64,000 bases of DNA from Oscillospiraceae bacterium (lineage in GTDB: Bacteria; Actinomycetota; Coriobacteriia; Coriobacteriales; Eggerthellaceae): NCBI GenBank assembly GCA_963635145.1, contig CAVHFE010000003.1, positions 23,357-87,356 on the forward strand, written 5' to 3'. Both the position numbers and the translations under genes were made by a program. Of the stretch, positions 17,726 through 28,418 are shown piece after piece; positions within the stretch are counted from its first letter, which is position 1; the number at the start of each line of letters is the position of its first letter. Below the pieces are notes generated by a model. It was not told the DNA's origin, did not search any database, and saw nothing but the letters and a program-made list of their open reading frames with translations.

Positions 17726-20700
17726 ATGAAGATATCCCGTTTTTATCGGCTCGCAGCCCATGTAGCAGCCGCAACGCTCACCCTCGCGCTCTGCATGTTT
17801 GCGCTTGCTGCAACGGTGCAGCCGCAGCAAGCGCATGCAGATGATCAAATCGGCACCATCCAAGGTTTCATGGACGCCGACGGCACCAAGCCCATGGACA
17901 GCGAAGGTCCCTATCCTGTTTACAGCGCATCAAGTGCACTGTCCGTGATCAGCACCTTCAATACCCTTGGCGTTAAGAGCATCACGCTATCCTTTTCCCA
18001 GGACTGGGACACCAAAGATGTCGGACGCATCGAGGTGCCCGAGGGGATGACGCTTCGCATCAACCTGAACGGCAACATGCTTAACCGTAACAAGTACAAG
18101 TTCGATTCCTATGATGCGGTTGGCTATGGCGACGGCGAAGTCATTCACGTCAAAAAGAATGGCAAGCTCTACATCGACGGCGGTACTGGGATGGATGCGA
18201 GCAAGGAGCACCGAGGGTCTCTTCATTACAGCATCGGCAAAACGGACGAAACCAACCTGTGGCAGCCTTCGGATGACGGCGACGTCGTTATTAAAGGCGG
18301 CGTGATCTGCGGCGGTTTCTGCGATGATAAAACCGGTGCTGGCGGCATTTCCTCCGAGGAAACAGGCGTGGTCATCGGTCTTAAAAACGTCACGGTTGCA
18401 GGTAACTTCTCTGACGAATACGGCTTGCAATACGGCAACGGCGGCGGCATTGCCATGCATGGCGCCAATTCCACGCTCACGCTCGAAAACTCCCACGTGT
18501 CCTACAACGGGTCGGATTCTTGCGGCGGTGGCATCTACATACGCGAGAAAAACTGCTCCGTCACGTTAACCGATAGCACGGTAACCAAGAACTATGCGGC
18601 AAGCGATGGCGGCGGCATCTACATCGACGACGACAGCACCTCGCTCACTATGAAAAACTCGCAGATCGAAGAGAACTTCAGCTCGGGCTACGGCGGCGGC
18701 ATCTACATGGATGGCAACGGCGACCTTACCATCGGCGATGATTCGGCTCTCTACAAAAATTATGCGTCGAATGAAGGCGGCGGCATCTACGTTAATGCCA
18801 AGAGCAAAGTCCTTGTTAAAGACAGTAGAGTTATCGAGAACAAGAGCTGCACCTACGGCGGCGGCATTATGTACAGCTGCGGCAACGGTTCGCTCACCTT
18901 GGAGAATTCCACGGTAAGCAACAATGTAACCAACAAATACGGCGGCGGCATCTGCAATTGGTACGACGGAACCACCATAAACATCACCGGCTGCAAGTTC
19001 CAGGGAAACCGCACTTACAATAGCTCGGAAACGGCTTGCGGCGGCGGCGCCATCCATTTGGAAGATGAGGCCACTCTCACTATTAAAGATAGCGAGCTCT
19101 GGAAAAACACCACCCGTGGCTACGGTGGTGCCATCTACGTAACCGACCCCTCAAGCCTCGTTCTGGACAACAGCAAGATTCATGACAACAGCTCTACTGG
19201 CAGCAACGGCGGTGGCATTGCCTTCTATCCTAATTCCACCATAGGCAGCTCCGGCAACATGAGCCTCGACCTGAAGAACAAGGCCGAGATTTACTCGAAC
19301 ACAGCTAATAGCATGGGCGGCGGTATCTACGGTCACAGGAATACCGTCAAGGTTACTTCATCTGACGGTACGGGCGCCATTAACGGCAACAAGGCCTGGT
19401 ACGGCGGCGGCATCGGCTTCACGAGCAACGGGGCAACCACCCAAGATCTCACGGTTGATAATGTCAGCTTCACCGGCAACCAAGCAGGCTACGGCGGCGC
19501 GCTTTACGTTTCCCGAAGCAATCTTACCCTGAGGGATATTACGGCAACCCACAACTACAGCACCGTCAACAACGGCGGCGGACTCTTCGTCAGTTCCGAC
19601 AAGTACTACAACCTAACATTCCAGAAGAATATCGTTTTCGAAAACAACTACAGGCAGGGCTCTTTCAATATCGTGTCGAATATCTATTTGGACAATAAAG
19701 AGCAGACTATCTGCGGTGGCGAGGACGATAACGCCTTGTCAAAGGAGAGCCGCTTCGGCGTGACCGTGAGCAAAGACAGCTTCAGCGATGGGAAATGCAA
19801 GATTTCCGGTAACAAGGATTTCTTGAAGAACTTCACCACGGACGAAAGCCTTGCGCAGTCGTTCTTCTCGGATAACCCTGATTACTCCACGGCCGCAGAA
19901 GATGGTTACTTGTATCTAAGTAAAGAAAAGCGCACTTCATGGAATTTAACCGTGATCACGGGCGAAGGGGAAACCCGCTCAGCGACGGCGACTAAAAGCC
20001 AAAACGACGAGGTCAACCCCTTCAATTATGTGGCCGATGGATCAACGCCCGAAGGTAAAGCCATCATCGGATGGAAGTATGAAGCCGACGGTGGCGCAAC
20101 GGATTACTTCAGGCCTGTGAACGGTAAGACGACCTTCAGGATGCCTGCCTGCAACTGTACGGTCACCGCGGTTTACGGCTACACGATCAAGAGCATAGAA
20201 GCTGGCATCGAGGATACGAGCAGCGCCTGGAAAGACCTGGGAAATAAGAAGGAGAACGTTAAAGTCAACTCTCTTTCGATTACCCAGAGCAACGGTGAGG
20301 TGTTGAGCATACCCGTAGATGAGATAAGCAAGTACGTCAGCGTTACCAGTGCGGAACGAACGGAGCTGAAGAGCAAGACCTCTACGAAAGGCACCTACAA
20401 ACTCAGGACCGATGCGGCGCTGTTCGACAAGCACGAAATCGGGTCTATCACCGCAAGCGACGTGAAGCCTTCCGTCTCGGCCAAGAGCACAAGGTTCAAC
20501 GAAGGCAAAGCAAGGATCAACCAGCTGTCGGCTGACAGCTCGGCTGTCGTAATCACTTCTCAAGTGTGGTATTACCGAGACGACAACAAGACTAAAGCCG
20601 TGGTGAGCTGCGCTAACAAGTACGATAACAACGCCGATGTCCTTGCTTACAGTGAAGCAGCCTTCGAGGACGGTAGCTCGTCTGTCACGGTAAGCGCCCC

Positions 20701-22630
20701 GAGTGTTGACGGCTGGGTGTTCGACAGTTGGAGTGGATTGCCCGATGGCGCCACGCCGAGTGCTGACGGGCAAAGCGTCACCGTCCCCAAACCCAGCAGC
20801 GAAAGCGCCGAGGAAGAAGTTTTGCTCACGGCCAACTACATCCCGCTCGTTACCAAGCTCAACGAGATGAGCCTCTATGGCAAGAACGAGGCTAAGGAGT
20901 TTGCGAAGTTCCTGCCTTCGAGCATCAAATATCAAGCTGAGGATGGCAGCGTGCTAAGCGCGGACGCCACCTGGGAAACTGATGGCGTGGACACCGCGCA
21001 AAGCTCCTTCATCGTTAACGGCAGCTTTGCCGACGCAAGCTCAACCACGCACTATATAAGCCGCAGCTTCGTCGTTAAGGACGAGCTCAAGGCGCCCGGC
21101 GTGAGCACCAACGGCGATATCTACGAAAACACAGAGGTTGACCTCTGCGCGGGTTCCGACTGGGGCAGCCCGAGCAATATCAGCTATCACTATTACGTGG
21201 CCAAGCGAGGAACCGAGGCGAGCGAGGTGGACATCAGCTCATTCGTGGACGGCAGCTCCGTTGCCATCGATAAAACCTGCACGCTGCTCGTCTATGCAAC
21301 GCTCACTTTTGACGCCGAAGACGAAGACGCTAGCGCGCGTACCGTCGATACTGCGGTAGGAGCTTACAACTACACGCTCAAGTCGAGCCAAAGCTATAGC
21401 ATCACGGTTACCGACGGCGTAGCCCGCACGACCAAGGACTGGGATTCGGCAACCGAAGCCCATGAGGGCGACCTTGTTTCGATTACGGCAACCGTGCCCG
21501 AGGGCAAGACTTTTGAAAAGTGGGTCGTCGTCAAGGGAGGCGAGGCTGTTGAGCTGAGCAATAGCGAGAAGGCTACAACCTGGTTCACGATGCCCGCCGC
21601 CGATGTCGAGCTCAAGGCGATCTTTGAAGCTGGGGCACCCGGCGTGAGCGCCGAAGGCACCGTCCATGAAGGCACGAAGGTGAGCTTCACCGAAGGCTCC
21701 GGATGGGATAAGTCGAGCGAGGTTGCCTATCACTACTATGTGGCCGAGCAGGACGCCAAACCGAGTGAAATCGACAAGGAGTCTTACGAAACCGGCAGCT
21801 CCGTCACCATCGATAAAACCTGCACGCTGCTCGTCTACGCAACACTCTCCTATGATGCCGAGGGTGAAGGCGGCAGTGCAAGCCGCGTTGATACCGCGGT
21901 GGCCTCCTACCGCTACACGCTTAAAGAGGCTCATACTCTTACGGTCGTCGATGGGTCTGCTTACGTAGGGGCAAGCAGCGATCCTGCTACTAAGGCTTAT
22001 GAAAACGACATCGTCAGGCTTGAGGCAACGTTACCCGAGGGCAAAGAGCTCGATAAGTGGGAAGTGGTTAAAGGCGATGTTCAGCTGCGCACCGATAAAG
22101 GCGTGACCTGGTTTGAGATGTCCGATACCGACGTGGAGTTGAAGGCCATTTTCAAGGACTCGGAATCCGGCGGTGGTGACGACCCTGAGCCTACGCCCGA
22201 GCCTGAACCCACGCCAACCCCCGAGCCCACCCCGACGCCCACTCCCGCTCCCGTGGTGAGCAAGGTCAGCTCGGTCAAGTACCAGGGCAACACTTATACG
22301 CTTTCGGGCAAGGTGCTCAAACTCACCAAAGTGGCCAAGTCCAAGAAGAAGGTCACCATCCCCGCCAAGCTCAAGATCAACGGCTCCTACGTGAAGGTGG
22401 CCAAGGTGAAGGCCAAGGTGTTCAAGGGCACCAAGGTGAAGACGGTCATCGTGAAGAGCGGCAATCTCACCAAGAAGGGCCTGAAGAACTGCCTGAAGTC
22501 CAGCAAGGTGAAGACGGTCAAGGTCAAGGTGAGCAAGTCCAAGAAGGCCAACGCCAAGCAGGTGAAGAAGTACAGGAAGTACCTTAAGAAGTCCAACAGC
22601 GGCAAGAAGGTCAAGGTGAGGCGCGGCTAG
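17726..22630 (+). CDS. Large secreted/surface protein 2, paralog of 12768..17450
   Basis: Same architecture; shared motifs (GGFCDDKTG, VTVAGNFSDEYGL, VSYNGSDSCG); duplicated stalk module; PEPTP linker; same basic tail; 1634 aa. Confidence 0.85.
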   Translation: MKISRFYRLAAHVAAATLTLALCMFALAATVQPQQAHADDQIGTIQGFMDADGTKPMDSEGPYPVYSASSALSVISTFNTLGVKSITLSFSQDWDTKDVGRIEVPEGMTLRINLNGNMLNRNKYKFDSYDAVGYGDGEVIHVKKNGKLYIDGGTGMDASKEHRGSLHYSIGKTDETNLWQPSDDGDVVIKGGVICGGFCDDKTGAGGISSEETGVVIGLKNVTVAGNFSDEYGLQYGNGGGIAMHGANSTLTLENSHVSYNGSDSCGGGIYIREKNCSVTLTDSTVTKNYAASDGGGIYIDDDSTSLTMKNSQIEENFSSGYGGGIYMDGNGDLTIGDDSALYKNYASNEGGGIYVNAKSKVLVKDSRVIENKSCTYGGGIMYSCGNGSLTLENSTVSNNVTNKYGGGICNWYDGTTINITGCKFQGNRTYNSSETACGGGAIHLEDEATLTIKDSELWKNTTRGYGGAIYVTDPSSLVLDNSKIHDNSSTGSNGGGIAFYPNSTIGSSGNMSLDLKNKAEIYSNTANSMGGGIYGHRNTVKVTSSDGTGAINGNKAWYGGGIGFTSNGATTQDLTVDNVSFTGNQAGYGGALYVSRSNLTLRDITATHNYSTVNNGGGLFVSSDKYYNLTFQKNIVFENNYRQGSFNIVSNIYLDNKEQTICGGEDDNALSKESRFGVTVSKDSFSDGKCKISGNKDFLKNFTTDESLAQSFFSDNPDYSTAAEDGYLYLSKEKRTSWNLTVITGEGETRSATATKSQNDEVNPFNYVADGSTPEGKAIIGWKYEADGGATDYFRPVNGKTTFRMPACNCTVTAVYGYTIKSIEAGIEDTSSAWKDLGNKKENVKVNSLSITQSNGEVLSIPVDEISKYVSVTSAERTELKSKTSTKGTYKLRTDAALFDKHEIGSITASDVKPSVSAKSTRFNEGKARINQLSADSSAVVITSQVWYYRDDNKTKAVVSCANKYDNNADVLAYSEAAFEDGSSSVTVSAPSVDGWVFDSWSGLPDGATPSADGQSVTVPKPSSESAEEEVLLTANYIPLVTKLNEMSLYGKNEAKEFAKFLPSSIKYQAEDGSVLSADATWETDGVDTAQSSFIVNGSFADASSTTHYISRSFVVKDELKAPGVSTNGDIYENTEVDLCAGSDWGSPSNISYHYYVAKRGTEASEVDISSFVDGSSVAIDKTCTLLVYATLTFDAEDEDASARTVDTAVGAYNYTLKSSQSYSITVTDGVARTTKDWDSATEAHEGDLVSITATVPEGKTFEKWVVVKGGEAVELSNSEKATTWFTMPAADVELKAIFEAGAPGVSAEGTVHEGTKVSFTEGSGWDKSSEVAYHYYVAEQDAKPSEIDKESYETGSSVTIDKTCTLLVYATLSYDAEGEGGSASRVDTAVASYRYTLKEAHTLTVVDGSAYVGASSDPATKAYENDIVRLEATLPEGKELDKWEVVKGDVQLRTDKGVTWFEMSDTDVELKAIFKDSESGGGDDPEPTPEPEPTPTPEPTPTPTPAPVVSKVSSVKYQGNTYTLSGKVLKLTKVAKSKKKVTIPAKLKINGSYVKVAKVKAKVFKGTKVKTVIVKSGNLTKKGLKNCLKSSKVKTVKVKVSKSKKANAKQVKKYRKYLKKSNSGKKVKVRRG
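21091..22155 (+). repeat. Internal tandem duplication (~543-bp period) of a stalk module in surface protein 2
   Basis: APGVS...YHYYVA...IDKTCTLLVYATL...PEGK..KW.VVKG..WF.M...DVELKAIF occurs twice; a 31-nt stretch is identical at 21264-21294 and 21807-21837. Confidence 0.85.
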
Positions 22631-22635
22631 CGCGC
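22238..22635 (+). repeat. Direct repeat copy 2 (398 bp) encoding the C-terminal Lys-rich cassette
   Basis: Matches 17058-17455 with 3 mismatches; offset 5180 bp. Confidence 0.97.
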
Positions 22636-22669
22636 CGCGGTTGGCGTCCGCCGACTAGCATGCACAGCG

Positions 22670-22704
22670 AAGCGCCCGGATGGCATCGGTCATCCGGGCG
22701 CTTT
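22670..22704. terminator. Hairpin between surface protein 2 and convergent rnhA
   Basis: AAGCGCCCGGATG-loop-CATCCGGGCGCTT. Confidence 0.7.
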
Positions 22705-22752
22705 ATCGTGCACTGGTTTTCTTTGGGCGAGTGAGCGAAGAACGTCGGCGGG

Positions 22753-23232
22753 TTAGCCGGTGAAGCCGGTGTCGTCGATGCGGCCTTTGCCGTCGGCAGC
22801 GCTGGTGGCAAGCTCGTCGCAGCGTTCGTTCTCAGGGTGACCGGCATGGCCCTTCACCCAGGTGAAGCTCACCTGATGTGGCGCCTTGGCATCCAGCAGG
22901 CGCAGCCAGAGGTCCTTGTTCTTCACGGGTTCCTTTTTGGCGTTTTTCCAGCCCTTTTTCTTCCAGCCGGCAATCCAGTTCTTGTTAAAGGCGTTGACGA
23001 CGTACTGGGAGTCGGTGACGACCGTTATCTTGCAGGGGCGCTTGAGCGCCTCGAGCCCGGCGATAACGCCCATCAGCTCCATGCGGTTGTTGGTGGTGTT
23101 GTTATAGCCCTGCGAAAGCTCCTTGACGTGGAGTTTTCCTGCGGAGTCGACGAAGTGCATGACGGTGCCGAAGCCGCCAGGGCCGGGGTTGCCGCGCGAG
23201 GATCCGTCGGAGTAAAGCGTCACTTCCGTCAT
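22753..23232 (-). CDS. rnhA: Ribonuclease HI
   Basis: YSDGSSRGNPGPGG, TTNNRMEL, TDSQY, WVKGHAGHPENERCD; ATGA overlap with the engB stop. Confidence 0.96.
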   Translation of the reverse strand: MTEVTLYSDGSSRGNPGPGGFGTVMHFVDSAGKLHVKELSQGYNNTTNNRMELMGVIAGLEALKRPCKITVVTDSQYVVNAFNKNWIAGWKKKGWKNAKKEPVKNKDLWLRLLDAKAPHQVSFTWVKGHAGHPENERCDELATSAADGKGRIDDTGFTG

Positions 23233-23810
23233 TTGCATGCCTCTTCGATCGTTGCCTTCAGTTCGTCCATGCCGTCGCCTTTTTCGGAGCTGGTGATGAT
23301 CATGGGAACATCGGCGCCAAGGCCAAGCTGTTTGCGGATGGCATCGCGTTGGCGGAATTGTTGGCTGCGGGAGAGCTTGTCGGCCTTGGTTAAGGCAACG
23401 CAGAAGGGCAGCTCGGTGCTTTTGAGGAACTCGATCATCTGCTCGTCGAGCTTGCTTGCCGCATGGCGGATGTCGATCAGGCTGACCACCAGGGCATAGT
23501 AGCGGTACTGGTCGAAGTAGCCGTTGATCATCTCGGCCCAGCGCGCCTTCTCGCTCTTGGACACCTGCGCGTAGCCGTAGCCGGGCAGGTCGATGAAGTC
23601 TTCCTTCCCGTTGCTGAAGAAGTTGATGGTGCTGGTTTTGCCAGGCTTGCTGGAAACCTTGGCAAGCTTCTTGCGGTTGAACAGGCGGTTGATCAGCGAT
23701 GACTTGCCGACGTTGGAACGTCCGACGAAGCTGACCTCCGGCCGCAGCGATTCGGGAATCTGCTGGCTGGTGCCGTAGGCGGCCTTGAATTCGATGTTCT
23801 TAAAATCCAT
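23229..23810 (-). CDS. engB: Ribosome biogenesis GTP-binding protein YihA/YsxC
   Basis: GRSNVGKSSLIN, PGKT, DLPGYGYA, TKADK. Confidence 0.95.
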   Translation of the reverse strand: MDFKNIEFKAAYGTSQQIPESLRPEVSFVGRSNVGKSSLINRLFNRKKLAKVSSKPGKTSTINFFSNGKEDFIDLPGYGYAQVSKSEKARWAEMINGYFDQYRYYALVVSLIDIRHAASKLDEQMIEFLKSTELPFCVALTKADKLSRSQQFRQRDAIRKQLGLGADVPMIITSSEKGDGMDELKATIEEACK

Positions 23811-24179
23811 ATACGCTCCTGGCGTGGTGGTTTGCTACGGGCGGCTTGCGCGCGCTCGATTTGGCGGACGATGCGCGCGGTCTGCCTGGATGGCTTGCGC
23901 GCTCAAACTTGGCAGTTGCGCCGTGTGCGTTGCGGGCATCGGGCCGCAGGCTTGCCGCCGGCGTGGGTTTTCCATGATACCAACTAGGCCAGTGGCTTTG
24001 CGCTCATAAGTTTCTTTACCATGATGAAAGCAGAAGAGCGCTTGGCTGCTGCCAGACAGGGCGCCTGCTTGGCGGGCTTGCCACCCTTCAACAGAGCTGC
24101 CGATCAGCGATGTTGCCGTTTTGAGCCGTAGCCTGGGGACGCATAGCCCCGCCCAGTCCGAAGAACCAAGAGGAACCAC

Positions 24180-24971
24180 ATGAGCCTTGCCGTACTTATA
24201 GATAAAGCCACCGATGTATGGGAAAAGCACATGGTTGCCTTTGTGGGCAACGACATCGTCGCGCGCATCGTGATGGCCCTGATAATCGCGCTGGTCACCG
24301 TTTGGGTGACGCATCTGGTTATCAAGGCGGTCAACAAGGCCCTAAGGAAAAACGACAGCCCCCTTGCCGACGTTTCCATCTTCGACAAGGTGATCAGGGT
24401 TGCGCTTTACTTCGTGGGTTTCTGCATAATTTTGGACGCCTGCTTGGACGTTAACATCACGGCCTTCATCGCCGCTCTGGGAATCGGCGGCTTGGCCTTG
24501 TCGCTGGGCGCGCAGGACACCCTGAAGAACCTCATCGGCGGCGCGACCATCGTGATGTGCCGGCTTTACCGCCCGGGCGACAACATCACGATCGGCGGGC
24601 AGACGGGCGTTGTTCGTGACATCGGCTGGCGCCAAACGGCCATCATCAACCGCACGGGCGAGGTCGTCTTCGTTCCCAACTCCAATGCCTCCACCAGCAC
24701 CATCGTCGTTACCGCGCCGCTGGAAAAATCGCAGGTACCCTTTATTGTGGCCAACGATCGCGATTTGAACGATCTGGCCGACGAGATCATCGTTGCCGCC
24801 GAGTGCGCGGTGGCCCCCTTGGCCACGGTGGAAAAGCCCCCGATTGTTCAGTTCTCCGAAATCACCGCGGACGGTGCCCGTGGCAAGGTGATTGTTTGGA
24901 ACGATCGCGGCGATTTGGCGCTCGAGATCGCCGACGCCATCACGCGCGCCATCAATCCCATCGTGCGCTAG
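24180..24971 (+). CDS. mscS: Small-conductance mechanosensitive channel family protein
   Basis: Three TM helices, LGIGGLALSLGAQDTLKNLIGG, GDNITI..GVV.DIGWRQT, VFVPNS. Confidence 0.88.
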   Translation: MSLAVLIDKATDVWEKHMVAFVGNDIVARIVMALIIALVTVWVTHLVIKAVNKALRKNDSPLADVSIFDKVIRVALYFVGFCIILDACLDVNITAFIAALGIGGLALSLGAQDTLKNLIGGATIVMCRLYRPGDNITIGGQTGVVRDIGWRQTAIINRTGEVVFVPNSNASTSTIVVTAPLEKSQVPFIVANDRDLNDLADEIIVAAECAVAPLATVEKPPIVQFSEITADGARGKVIVWNDRGDLALEIADAITRAINPIVR

Positions 24972-25222
24972 GGCATTTTCGCTCTTCGGCGCCCAAAACC
25001 CCTCCGACATCATCTTTGCCCAGCTCATAGCTTCACGCTTTTTGTTGGAACCCAGGCCCGTTCGAGCCTTTTCGGTCGAACGGGTTCTTTCGTCCATTTG
25101 CCACTGTTTTTCGCATTTGCCCCATAAGCTGCACCGTGCTCGTTACTCTGTTGTTTTAATTAAATTAAACAAGCGTCGATAAACCTGAATGGATTTACGT
25201 ACGACAGCAGGAAAGAGGGGCC

Positions 25223-26785
25223 ATGAAGATTGGCATTCCTAAAGAATGGCAGGGCGTGAAAACGCTCGTCGCGGCCACGCCCGACACGGTGGAAAAGCTT
25301 GTAAAGCTTGGTTTCAGCGTGTGCGTTGAATCGGGCGCGGGTGCCGCTGCCAACTATCCCGACGAGCAGTATGCGCGCGCAGGCGCCGAAGTGGTAACGG
25401 GTGCGGAGGTTTGGGCGTCCGATATCGTTACCGCCCTGGACGCGCCCACCGAGCAACAGATTGCGCAGATGAAAGCGGGCGCCACTTTGGTAAGCCGTCT
25501 TAACCCAAGCGCCAACCCGGCGCTCATCGAGCGTTTGGCCAAGCAGGGCGTCACCGCGCTCGCGATGGACATGGTCCCGCGCATCTCGCGCGCTCAATCG
25601 CTCGATGTTCGTTCCTCCATGGCGAACGTGGGCGGCTACCGTGCGGTTGTCGAGGCCGCTGCGCATTTCGGCCGCCTGTTCGGTGGTCAGGTAACGGCGG
25701 CGGGCAAGATCGCGCCTGCCAAGGTCTACATCATCGGTGTTGGCGTTGCGGGCTTGGCCGCCATCGGTACGGCCAAATCGATGGGCGCCATCGTTCGCGC
25801 GACGGACGTCCGCCCCGAGGTTGCCGATCAAGTTGAATCACTTAACGCGGAGTTCGTGCCCATCCCCGTCGAGCAGCACTCCGAAGACGGCTATGCCAAG
25901 GAAATGACAGCCGATCAGGCAAAGCTTGCCAACAAGGTTTACGCCGAGCAGGCCGCCGAGGTCGACATCGTCATCACCACCGCTCAGATTCCCGGCAAGC
26001 AGCCTCCGTTGCTTTTGGACGCCGAAGCGGTTGCGGGCATGCGCCCTGGCTCGGTAATCGTCGACATGGGCGCCAACGAACAGGGCGGCAATTGCGCGCT
26101 CACGCAGGCGGGCAAGGTCATCACCACTGAAAACGGCGTCACGATCATCGGCTATACCGACCTGCCCAGCCGTCTGCCCGGCCAGGCTTCGCAACTTTAC
26201 GGGCAGAACATCGTCAACTTCTTCAAGTTAGTGACCCCTGAAAAGAACGGGGAGCCCGTCTTCAATCAAAGCGATGAGGTTGTGCGCGGCGTCACGGCCG
26301 TGCGCGATGGTCAGGTGTGCTGGCCGCCCCCGGCGGTGAAGGTTTCGGCCGCGCCCAAGCAGGAAGCTGCCCCGGCAGCGGACGCTCAGGGTTCCGCCAC
26401 CGCTGCCGCCGAGCCCGCCCCCGCGAAGAAATCCGCCTTCGCTTGTCATTGGTGGAAGGCGCTGGCCGCGTTGCTGGGCGCCGCACTTATTCTGGCCGCT
26501 CCCGCCGAGATGACCAGCCACTTCATCGTTTTCGAGCTTGCGTGCGTGGTTGGCTTCTATGTCATCACCAACGTGACGCATGCGCTCCATACGCCCTTGA
26601 TGTCGGTTACCAACGCCATCTCGGGAATCATCATCGTTGGTTCGCTTACCCAGATCGGCTCGGACAGCCCCGTCATCGCCGCCGTTGCCTTTGTTGCCGC
26701 GCTTTTGGCCTCCATCAACATCTTCGGCGGTTTTTTGGTCACGCATCGCATGCTGGGAATGTTCCGTAGGAGCTCTGAGGATTAA
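25223..26785 (+). CDS. pntA: NAD(P)+ transhydrogenase alpha subunit
   Basis: [47 protein letters not shown]. Confidence 0.96.
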   Translation: MKIGIPKEWQGVKTLVAATPDTVEKLVKLGFSVCVESGAGAAANYPDEQYARAGAEVVTGAEVWASDIVTALDAPTEQQIAQMKAGATLVSRLNPSANPALIERLAKQGVTALAMDMVPRISRAQSLDVRSSMANVGGYRAVVEAAAHFGRLFGGQVTAAGKIAPAKVYIIGVGVAGLAAIGTAKSMGAIVRATDVRPEVADQVESLNAEFVPIPVEQHSEDGYAKEMTADQAKLANKVYAEQAAEVDIVITTAQIPGKQPPLLLDAEAVAGMRPGSVIVDMGANEQGGNCALTQAGKVITTENGVTIIGYTDLPSRLPGQASQLYGQNIVNFFKLVTPEKNGEPVFNQSDEVVRGVTAVRDGQVCWPPPAVKVSAAPKQEAAPAADAQGSATAAAEPAPAKKSAFACHWWKALAALLGAALILAAPAEMTSHFIVFELACVVGFYVITNVTHALHTPLMSVTNAISGIIIVGSLTQIGSDSPVIAAVAFVAALLASINIFGGFLVTHRMLGMFRRSSED

Positions 26786-28242
26786 TGGATTTGCTGCAAA
26801 CGAGTTTCAACGCAAGCGCCGGCGCGCTTGATTCCCTAGGCCATGTCGAGCAGCTGGCCTACCTGCTGGCGGCGCTGCTGTTCATTTTGGCACTGGCCAA
26901 CCTTTCCAAACAGAAAACCGCGCAACTGGGCAACTACCTGGGTATTTGCGGCATGATTATAGCCCTTGCCTCGGTGATCGTTGTGTCGGTGGCAAACGAT
27001 GAGCGCGCCGCCGTTCTTTCCATCGTGCTCATCGTATTCGCCATGGTCATCGGTGCCGCGATTGGCGTGTGGCACGCGGTCAAGGTTCAGATGACCGAGA
27101 TGCCCGAGCTGGTGGCCAAGCTGCATTCCTTTGTCGGTTTGTCGGCCGTGCTGGTGGGCTATAACTCCTTCTTCGCCAACCCCGGGGCCGAAGGTGCTTC
27201 CTCGGCTTTCCATATGGGCGAGGTGGGGCTTGCCGTGTTCATCGGTGCGGTCACCTTCACGGGCTCGATCGTTGCTTATCTCAAGCTTTCGGGGAAGATC
27301 TCGGGCAAGCCGCTCACGCTGCCCGGCCGCAATCTCATCAACTTGGCCATGCTCGTGGCAAGCATCGCGCTCATTGCCTGGTTCATCACGACCCGCAGCG
27401 TCGAGGCAGGGCTTGTTCCCTTGGGCATCCTCACCGTCATCTCGCTGGTGCTGGGCGCGCACCTGGTGCTCGCTATCGGCGGCGGCGACATGCCCGTCGT
27501 GGTTTCGATGCTCAACTCGTACTCGGGCTGGGCGGCCGCGATGGCCGGCTTCACCCTTGGCAACGACCTGCTCATCATCACGGGCGCGCTCGTCGGCTCC
27601 TCGGGCGCCTACCTTTCCTACATCATGTGCCAGGGCATGAATCGTTCCTTCGTGTCGGTCATCCTAGGCGGCTTCGGCAACGGTTCCTCCTCGGCGCCGT
27701 CCGAGGCTAAGGATTACGGCGATTACACCGAAACCACCGCCGAGGAAGTGGCTGAGCTGCTCAAACGCTCCAAGCGTGTCGTCATCACGCCAGGCTACGG
27801 TATGGCGGTGGCGCAGGCACAGTTTCCCGTGGCGGATTTGACGAAACGCCTGATGGCGATGGGCGTGGACGTGAAGTTCGGCATCCATCCGGTGGCCGGC
27901 CGCATGCCGGGACACATGAACGTGCTGTTGGCCGAGGCCAACGTTCCCTACGATTGCGTTTACGAGATGGATGAGATTAACGACGACTTCGCCGATGTGG
28001 ACACCGTGTTGGTCATCGGCGCCAACGACACGGTGAACCCGAGCGCTTCCGAGGCCGATTCGCCCATCGCGGGCATGCCCGTCCTCCATGTTTGGGAAGC
28101 ACACGAGGTCATCGTATTCAAGCGCTCCATGGGCAACGCCGGTTACGCGGGCGTGCAGAACCCGCTCTTCTTCAACAAGAACACCAAGATGCTCTTGGCG
28201 GATGCCAAGACGAGCGTCGACGCCATCAACGCCGCGCTTTAG
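26785..28242 (+). CDS. pntB: NAD(P)+ transhydrogenase beta subunit
   Basis: [56 protein letters not shown]. Confidence 0.96.
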   Translation: MDLLQTSFNASAGALDSLGHVEQLAYLLAALLFILALANLSKQKTAQLGNYLGICGMIIALASVIVVSVANDERAAVLSIVLIVFAMVIGAAIGVWHAVKVQMTEMPELVAKLHSFVGLSAVLVGYNSFFANPGAEGASSAFHMGEVGLAVFIGAVTFTGSIVAYLKLSGKISGKPLTLPGRNLINLAMLVASIALIAWFITTRSVEAGLVPLGILTVISLVLGAHLVLAIGGGDMPVVVSMLNSYSGWAAAMAGFTLGNDLLIITGALVGSSGAYLSYIMCQGMNRSFVSVILGGFGNGSSSAPSEAKDYGDYTETTAEEVAELLKRSKRVVITPGYGMAVAQAQFPVADLTKRLMAMGVDVKFGIHPVAGRMPGHMNVLLAEANVPYDCVYEMDEINDDFADVDTVLVIGANDTVNPSASEADSPIAGMPVLHVWEAHEVIVFKRSMGNAGYAGVQNPLFFNKNTKMLLADAKTSVDAINAAL

Positions 28243-28418
28243 GCGTTGCGCCCGCCGGAGCCTGGGCTAAAGGCTCCAAGTAAATACTGCATGAAGCAAA
28301 GCGGGGGAGGCCGAAAAGCGCTTCCCCTCTTTGTTATCATGGGCAGGTATTCTTTCAGCCTTGTTTGCGGGCGCGTTGTTTGCAGGCAAGGCCAAGCGCT
28401 TTTAAGAAGGAACAGCAT

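Noticed and set aside
17058..22635. Diversity-generating retroelement or invertible shufflon
   Set aside because: Repeats are direct and both coding, mismatches are not adenine-specific, and no reverse transcriptase or site-specific recombinase is in the window
12481..22750. Integrative element or prophage inserted at tRNA-Arg
   Set aside because: No integrase, transposase or phage gene, and no repeat of the tRNA 3' end seen downstream of the surface-protein genes
24020..24179. c-di-AMP or other riboswitch before mscS
   Set aside because: No recognisable consensus; only short GC-rich hairpins
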